Assembly (NCBI GenBank): GCA_964016885.1
Contig: OZ024741.1
Span: 147,312,001 to 147,376,000, forward strand
DNA: 64,000 nt
Direction: 5' to 3'
From: Eledone cirrhosa
Lineage: Eukaryota
Part shown: positions 53,753-64,000 of the stretch, piece after piece
How the letters are laid out: every line of letters starts with the position of its first letter
Position numbering within the stretch: position 1 is the stretch's first letter
Program-made: the position numbers and the translations under genes
Notes under the pieces: model-generated
Database searches by the model: none
Told to the model about the DNA's origin: nothing
The model's input: the letters and a program-made list of their open reading frames with translations, nothing else

Positions 53753-54321
53753 TATATGAAATATAAGAATCAAAGAACTGTTCAAAACATTATTGTGCTT
53801 ACAGCTGTTTCCTCCAAACCGAGGTTTGGATTCTTCGGAGCAATTTATTAATGCATGGACAGTTATATGACCTCCTTTTCAGCCGAGAGACATACCAATA
53901 CATATTCAAACATTGATACATATTCAAACATTGTGGGTCAACATTCATTACAGAATTTAGAGTGGCAGTACACACTTCGAGATTACATTTATATTAATAG
54001 GTACAATCAAAAATCAAAGATATAGGTTAAAGGTTAAAGTACTTCATGTTGTACTTTAACCTATATCTTTGATTTTTGATTGTACCTATTAATATAAATG
54101 TAATCTCGAAGTGTGTACTGCCACTCTAAATTCTGTAATGAATGTTGACCCACAATGTTTGAATATGTATCAATGTTTGAATATGTATTGGTATGTCTCT
54201 CGGCTGAAAAGGAGGTCATATAACTGTCCATGCATTAATAAATTGCTCCGAAGAATCCAAACCTCGGTTTGGAGGAAACAGCTGTAAGCACAATAATGTT
54301 TTGAACAGTTCTTTGATTCTT

Positions 54322-54333
<12 letters not shown>
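53753..54333. repeat. Perfect 280-bp-arm inverted repeat carrying a core-mutated HHR in each arm (53796-53842 -, 54244-54290 +)
   Basis: Arms 53753-54032 and 54054-54333; UGCU-CcGAAGA-a-UCCAAACC(UC)GGUUUGGA-g-GAAAC(AGCU)GUA-AGCA. Confidence 0.9.
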
Positions 54334-54404
<71 letters not shown>

Positions 54405-54492
54405 TTATATATATATATATATACATTTATATATATATATATATACATTTATATATTTATATATATATACACATTTATATATATATATATAC

Positions 54493-54521
<29 letters not shown>

Positions 54522-54523
<2 letters not shown>

Positions 54524-54670
54524 CGATATTAAATAAATGGAAACTATATTTATAAAACCATATAGTTTCGATTTATTTAATATCGTAAATATACTCCAAA
54601 TACTTGTTGAGTGCTTTTATATCAGTTATAAATATTTACTCGTTGTAACCCAACAATTTAAATAAAACTT

Positions 54671-54675
<5 letters not shown>
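54522..54675 (+). mobile_element. Short terminal fragment of HHR family Z with a 5' inversion
   Basis: 54560-54675 aligns with 24910-25022; 54522-54562 is an inverted copy of the adjoining region. Confidence 0.65.
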
Positions 54676-54729
<54 letters not shown>

Positions 54730-54776
54730 TTATATATATATATATATATACATTTAAATATATATAAATATACATT

Positions 54777-54825
<49 letters not shown>

Positions 54826-54879
54826 AAAAAGAGATGAAATCGAAAATGCAACTGGAGTTGTCACAGGTTGTTTTTTCAT

Positions 54880-55195
54880 ATATGAGTGTTTGAATTTCTT
54901 TTTACTTGAAAAAAGGAGGCTCACGAAGGCTTTTTTTTGGTTGGTTATAAATGAAATTATGGCTGTCACGTGAACAAATTTTCATTAAATTTTTGTGCCC
55001 TTATTTGGAAATCCATTCTGTAGCCTTTTTAGAGAATTTTTGATAAGTGAAAGATAATGGTTGAGAGAAAGAGATGGGAGAATTGTTCTGGTTCAGTGAA
55101 TATGGTTAGTTCGCTGGGGTGTCAGAATTCAGATTTTCTATTGAATAAAGAAAGTAAAGATATGTGTGTTTATTTGTGTGCTTGTGTGTGTGTGC

Positions 55196-55252
<57 letters not shown>

Positions 55253-55560
55253 AATTTCTTTACTTTAAAAAAAGGTGGCTCACGAAGGCTTTTTTTTAAT
55301 AAACGTGATTTGATTGGTTATAAATGAAATTTGGCTGTCACGTGAACAAGTTTTCATTACATTTTTGCGCCCTTATTTGGAAAACTATTCTGTAGTCTTT
55401 ATAGCGAATGTTATGACAATGGAAAGATAGTGGTCAAGAGAAATGGGATTGGGAGAATTGTTCTGGTTCAGTGAATATGGTTAGTTCGCTTGGGTGTCAG
55501 AGTTCAGATTTTCTATTGAAGTGAAGATATGTATGTTTATTTGTGTGCTTGTGTGTAAGT
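54880..55560. repeat. Tandem duplication of ~360-bp units; a related motif recurs inverted at ~55780-55850 and 52700-52905
   Basis: gtgtttgaatttctt..ggctcacgaaggc..gggagaattgttctggttcagtgaatatggttagttcgct occurs twice. Confidence 0.75.
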
Positions 55561-56099
55561 GTGTGTGTGTGTGTGTGTGTATGTGTGTATTGGAAGATGA
55601 TTCTATTAGTAGAAATGGGGGAGGGAGTTGTGTGTGTGTGTATATGGGTGTTATGTGTGTGCGAGTATATTTTGTGTGTGGGAAAGTGGCTCTATTAGTA
55701 GAAATGGGGAGGGAGTTGTGGGTGTGGGGTTGTTATGTGTGTGTATGGGTGTTATGTGTGTGGGAGTATTATAATTATTGACAAACCAATCAAATTACTT
55801 CTCGAAAAACCTGGCATTTCGAGCCACTTTTTCCATATAAAACAAGTAACATTCAGAGACCAACCAGATGTGAGAAAAACCACAGACCCTCCATCTCAAC
55901 TCACCTTTTGAAAAGCAGAAGAACTGCGAAACCGGTAAAGGAACCAAATAAATATATATATATTTTTTTTAAATAAGACTCCAGTTGCATTTTCGATTTC
56001 ATCTCTTTTTCTTTATACTTTCACTCGTGTAGGACACCTCGGTTATTTTTCATTTTGTTAAAAAAACCTCACTTTCTAATATATATATATATATAGATT

Positions 56100-56164
<65 letters not shown>

Positions 56165-56209
56165 TTAAATATATATATAGACATTTAAATATATATATAT
56201 ATATACATT

Positions 56210-56249
<40 letters not shown>

Positions 56250-56357
56250 TTTAAATATATATATAGACATTTAAATATATATATATATAAATATATATAT
56301 ATAAATTTAAATATATATATATATATATATAAATGTATATATATATATAAATAAATG

Positions 56358-56407
<50 letters not shown>

Positions 56408-56408
56408 A

Positions 56409-56452
<44 letters not shown>

Positions 56453-56487
56453 GTATATATATATAAATGTATATATATATATATGTG

Positions 56488-56529
<42 letters not shown>

Positions 56530-56651
56530 TTATATATATATATATATATATTCACATATATATCGCTATTTCAGAGCATTTATTCCAATATATATATATA
56601 TAAATGTATATATATATATATATATAAATGTATATATATGTATATATATAT

Positions 56652-58952
56652 AGAGCCATTTCATCCGCACAGGTTCCCCCCCCCCTCCTCCCCACTCTCT
56701 CTCGTCCACACCACTCTCACCCGCGCCTGTGCTGTCCACTGCTCTACCATCCTCACCCCACGTCACCGCACACCCACCCACCGTCTCCCCTTCCCCATCA
56801 CCTACCACTCCTCCACCGCACCATCCTCCGCCTCTTTCGACGCCTCCAGTCCGACCCCTCCACCTCCCACATGTTCCCACCCCCACCACTCCCCTCCTTC
56901 AAACGCGCACGCAATCTCCGCACCCTCCTCGTCCACAGCTCCCTACCCCCAACCCACGCCCCCCCCCCTCCCCGATTCCTTTCCCTGTTCTAGGCCCCGC
57001 TGCAACACCTGTACATCACCAACACCACCACCTTCCAGGGTCCCAACGGCCATTCTCTCTCTGTCCGGCATGCCTTCCGCTGCACCTCCTCCAACCTAGT
57101 CTACGGAATTCGCTGCACGGAGTGCAGCGCGACTTACGTCGGACAGACTGGACGTCGCCTGGCGGACAGATTTACTGAGCACCTCCGGGATATTCGTCTC
57201 GGTGGTAGTTCCCCCATCGCCCGCCACTTTGGTGCCCCTGAACATTCCGCACACCACCTCACAGTCTGTGGCCTACTCCCATGCCACGGAACACCCGCCA
57301 ATCTCCTAAGAGTCGAACAACGAACCATCTTCACCCTACAGACCCACACTCCCCCCGGCCTGAACTCCCCACCCTTATTCCTCTAGCCTTCGACCGCCCC
57401 CTCCCTCCCACACATATCCCCCACTAACACCACTAACACACCCCTCCTTTTCACCGCCCATGCCACAACTAACAATACTAACACCTCCACCCCACATCCG
57501 ACCACCCTTCCCCAACTAACATACTAACATCCCTCCCTTCTTCTCCTCCCCCCTCCTTATCACACGCACACACCCACCGGTACATGTATACACGCGCTCA
57601 CACTAAACACACACCCTACTACCACCACTAACCCTCACCCCCACACATCCACCCCACCACCCCGCAACTAACATCACTAACACCCCCTGACCCCAAGCAC
57701 ACGAACACACACACCCACTTACACCACCCACTCCACACGCAACTAACATCACTAACACCCCCCAACCCTACGCACACGAACACACACCCTCTTACACCAC
57801 CCACTCTACATACCCTACCACCACTGACCCCCACTCACACCCGCATTCAACCCTTTCTCCACCTCCAGTATACTCACACCCACTAACACCCCCTTCAGCA
57901 CACACACACACCAGTACACTACACTCCCTCCATCGTCCCCCACACACTTCTCTCCCCGCTCCACCCACACACTTTCTCAAACACTCACACATCCCACTAA
58001 CACCTCTACTAATACACACCCTCTCACTCCAACTTTCACACCTACCCATCCTCTCCCCTGTCCACCGCACCTCCGCACACACTGACACACCTTCACTTAC
58101 CATTCTACCCTGCTGCTGCTATGCCTCTGACCACCTCCCCGCACACACAGACACACAACCCTCCTCCTGCCTTGACCCTCTGACCACTTCCTGTTGCGCG
58201 CGCACCCCACATCTCCCCTCTTCCGACCAATCTCTTCACGGATTACACATATGTGAACCTTGATCCCGAGAATCTACCGCATCCCAGGATTTTACTCAAC
58301 ATTCCACCACATCTTTTTACGGAATTACCTTTAAGACTCACCCCAGACACACACACACAAACAATTTTTTTCCCACACGCCACCTACATCCACAACACGC
58401 ATAAACACCACACACACACGTGCGTACCACCACATATTTACACATTCAGCCTCCGGAATCCTCTCCCCCCACCCCTCTATCCACACAGGCACACACACTC
58501 CGACCTACACCCCGCCCACACACACCTCTTCCTGAACATGCAACCCCGTTCTTCCCCGAACCCTTGCTTTCACATACACACACGTACACCTACACACACA
58601 CACCACCTTCAGCCGCTCGGACACCCCCTCTCCCTCTCCCCACTCCACCCGTCACCACCCCTACACGCCCCACACCCTTCCACCACCTGTTTTACCCCAT
58701 TTTAATTTTATTTTGATCATGCCATTATTTTTAATTTCATTTGCACCGTTTCCTCTCACTCCCTTTTTGCTATATGTCTCTCCACCACTCCCCTACATAC
58801 CCTTTGAACTCTCTTCCCGCACACTTTTCACCTGAAGAAGGGCTTATGCCCGAAACGTCGTTCCCCACCACCACCCTACTCTCAAGAGCGTGAAATTAAT
58901 AAACATTTGTTCGTAGTGCCTCTCTGTTTTGTTCCTGTTCAATTTTTCACTA
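56652..58952 (+). mobile_element. 5'-truncated, C-rich Penelope-like element (Neptune/Poseidon-like): GIY-YIG end, 1.45-kb 3' region, HHR and AATAAA
   Basis: [43 protein letters not shown], then [69 protein letters not shown], stop 57384-57386; AATAAA 58898-58903; (TA)n flanks. Confidence 0.9.
58829..58862 (+). ncRNA. Minimal type I hammerhead (weak stem I)
   Basis: CUGAAGA-A-GGGC(UUAU)GCCC-GAAAC-GUC; the loopless palindromic stem III (ACGU) implies dimer-dependent folding; stem I is only 2 bp in this copy. Confidence 0.75.
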
Positions 58953-58955
58953 TAC

Positions 58956-60742
<1,787 letters not shown>

Positions 60743-63700
60743 ATAAGCCTTATACGCCCCGAAGAATAGTACATTACTCAAGAATGTGATAAGCACTTTA
60801 ACAGGAAACTAAAGTGGCTGAAACAGGCAAAGCTGAATCAGGATACTATAGAGTATACCAATAGATATCCCGACAAAATTGACGGTATCAACATGGCCGA
60901 CACCTCATTATCAGAAGAGTTCAACAACAAAAACACCAACATTTATGGGAACACAAAAATAGATAATGATGAAATGTCTGTGTTATATTTGCCGCCGAAA
61001 TTTGCGACATTCAAGAAGGTAAATATGATTAGTTGTCTGTCAGAAATAGAAAAATCATTTACAAAACTACGCTGGAGCATCAAAAACAAAAGCAACAATA
61101 TACGCACACACATATACAACACACATCCCAACAACAACAGACACACAGACACAAACAACAATAACAACAACACACACATCAACAACAACAACAATAGCAA
61201 CATACCCAGAAACAACAACAACAGACACGCAGACACAAACAACAATAACAACACACACATCAACGATAACACACACGGAGACAACAACAACACACATCAA
61301 CAACAGCACACATCAACAACAACAACACACACGCATTCAATGCCTCTCACCACCACCACAATCTTAACAAACACACAGACACAGAAAACAAGTAATGACA
61401 GTAGCACAGAAATCAGAGAAATAAGGGAAAGTAATAAGATTAAAAGGAAAAAGAAAGGGGAGACTAAGGACAAAGAGAATAACCAAGACGAACACACAGA
61501 CACACAAAATAGGGTAGATAACAACATTGAGCCAGTGGAAAGAGACAGGAGTAATTATGAGAGACATAGAATCAACCATGAGGCTGTTGGTGGAAATAGA
61601 AATAGAAACAACACAACTAACAATAACAATAGCACTAGTACACATAAAGCAGCAGCCTGGAACTCTCCGTTTTATAATCCCTCCGATACATCATTCGACC
61701 TGCGACGAGTCCACGCCACGACTTTACCATTTAACAAACGCACGCAGTTGCCGTCGCAGGTCGATGAACAAACATAAGCACAATTTAGTATAGCTAAATC
61801 CGAACTTAGAAATATTATAGAACAGTATAGCAAGAAGCATAATAGAATAGAGGCCCAGCAACTGGGAGAAAAATCTGCAAATGGCTTGCGTAAGCTCATG
61901 CAGCGCTCACGTAATGGAGAGATAGCATGCTTTCCAACAGACAAGTCTGGCAGAATGTCGGTTGACAGCCTGCCAAACTACATCCAGGCAATGCAACCCC
62001 ACATCACTAACACAAGAGAGGTAACACCACAGGAGCATGAGGATAGAGAAAAAGCCCTCAATGCCCATATGGTGATGTGGACGAATATAATGCAGCCCAA
62101 CAAAAGGACTGCCAACAACTTCCAGGCCTGGAACAATGACGTGCCGGCGTTGTATGGGCTTCGAAAAGACCATAAAACGGGCTGTGACCCTGTCGCGGGA
62201 CCACCAACACGGCCAGTCTGTGGAGCTAACATTGCTAGTAACTACAGACTGTCCTACTTCATCTCCCTGATCATACGCCCCATCATTGCGATGTCCCCAG
62301 ATGTATGTGACAGCACGGAGGACCTCCTCAGCAGAATCGGCGTGAGTAACCGATCTGGGGACCTAACAAACTGCATAATAGGCAGTATGGATGTTGTGTC
62401 CCTGTATCCATCTATTGACGTAGATTTTGCTGTGGAGAAATGCGTAGAAATGATCAGCGAGAGCAAGGTTGAGTTCCGTGGGATTGATACCAGTGAGCTG
62501 GGACTTCTACTTAAGCTTACCCATAGTAATAGTTACCTAGACACTTATGACCTTAGCAACCTGTGCCCTACAAGACCAGCAAGAGGCAGACCACCTACCA
62601 TTACCTCTATGGCCAAGAAAACCCACACAGATAGATGGAACGGGTGGACCAGAGCCATACGGACACCCGAAAACCATGATGAACTGAAGAAAATGATTGC
62701 ACATGCGGTAGGGGCCAGCATAAAATTAACCCTTAAGGAACATATGTTAAAATTTTATGGAAAAACATATGCCCAAGAGGAAGGAGCAACCGTTGGTGTT
62801 AGCATTGCAGGCGACATAGCTAACTTATTCATGGTATGGTGGGACAGTAGACTTAAACTTAAACTTAAAGAACAATTAGAAGACAGCTTAACCCTGATAA
62901 TGTACTCCCGCTACGTAGATGATATAAACATCGTAGTTAAGACACCCCCACTAGAGAACAGTCAGGAACTAGAGAAAAACACAATGGAAAGCATCCAGCA
63001 AATAGCAAACTCCATCCACCAGAGCATTAGAGTTACTATAGACTACCCAAGTAGACACCCCAACCATCGATTACCTGTACTAGACACAGAGCTCTGGTTA
63101 GATACCATTAACAACCAAAAACAAATCCTCCATTCCCATTATGCCAAACCCATGACTTCCAAACATCTGATCCACCGAAACTCGGCCATTTCGGACCATA
63201 CCAAAATCAACATACTGATTGCGGATTTGGTACGGGTGATGAGAAATGTGTCCCGCATGTGCAACCCCGAAGAACTAGAGAGACACATACAACACTTCAT
63301 CCACCGTATGCAGTTCTCTGGCTACAATCAGAGAGATAGAATCAGAGTGTATAGAGGAGCCAGAACCAAATGGGAAAAAATGGTAAATAATGACATAAAT
63401 GGGACCTGCCCCTTGTATAGGAGCAAATTTTGGAATAGAATAGAAAGAACTAGGAACAAGGCCAATAGAATAAACTCATGGTATGATAGCAATAAATACC
63501 AGAGTGTAATGTTCATCAATACAACCCTAGAGGCGAACTAGCCTACAAATTTAGAAGGGCCCTAAATAAACATAAACTCAATATTAAGATAGTAGAAAGA
63601 CCAGGTACCTCCATAAAAACACTTATTAGCAAGACATACCCGTTCCAAAGACCCTCATGTATAGATAAGAAATGTATAACCTGTAAAATAAGCCCCATAT

Positions 63701-64000
63701 TAACTGTAAAACTAGAAATGTAGTGTATAGCATAAGATGTACTGAAGGACAATGTAGAAACAAAAATATAGTGTACATAGGTGAGACAGCTCGTAGTATA
63801 GGGGAACGGATAAATGAACACTGGCGAGACCTTCAAGATAATAAAGAATCATCTGTACTCTACCAACATGCTAAGATAGAACACAAGGGTAAATTAGAGA
63901 ACATAGAAATAAAAATAGAATCCACACACAGAAAAGATGCAATGTTTAGGCAAATTACAGAGGCAGTAAGCATAAAAGAATTACAACCAAAATTAAATAG
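60743..64000 (+). pseudogene. Penelope-like element ORF (RT + C-terminal GIY-YIG), lightly disrupted, running off the window
   Basis: LPPKF..EIEKSFTKLRW, PTDKSG, LYGLRKDHK, RPVCGA, GSMDVVSLYPSI, QEEG..G..IANLFM, RYVDDI, LPVLD, YAKPM, VVYSIRC..YIGETARSIGERINEH..RQITEAV..PKLN. In-frame TAA at 61775-61777; frameshifts at ~63527 and ~63697. Confidence 0.93.

Noticed and set aside
57400-58700. Telomeric repeats attached to the PLE
   Set aside because: The motif is ACTAAC/CACCC in irregular spacing, not tandem (CCCTAA)n, and the element has an endonuclease.

Overview
AT-rich, microsatellite-saturated eukaryotic DNA. The SINE content and the (TA)n/(CA)n/(CATA)n density suggest a cephalopod (Octopus-like) genome; this is an inference. 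No intact host gene is evident, and most ORF-track entries are microsatellite read-throughs. The window is a stack of mobile elements: tRNA-derived SINEs, a 5'-truncated RTE LINE with three C-terminal C2H2 fingers plus RTE-like non-autonomous elements, CR1 and R4/Dong-like relics, hAT, mariner and piggyBac-like MITEs, and three different Penelope-like retroelement (PLE) lineages between 46.9 and 64 kb. The main signal is RNA structure. I could fold 12 type I hammerhead ribozyme (HHR) motifs by hand, from about six unrelated sequence families, some with compensatory base-pair changes. They lie in PLE terminal regions and in non-coding elements flanked by (TA)n. A 651-nt HHR-bearing unit and a related-looking ~520-nt unit family occur as 1.1-1.3 monomers; the two ~520-nt copies start at different points. 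This is the footprint expected of retrozyme-like elements copied from circular or tandem RNA, probably by PLE reverse transcriptase. All alignments and folds were done by eye, so element boundaries are approximate.
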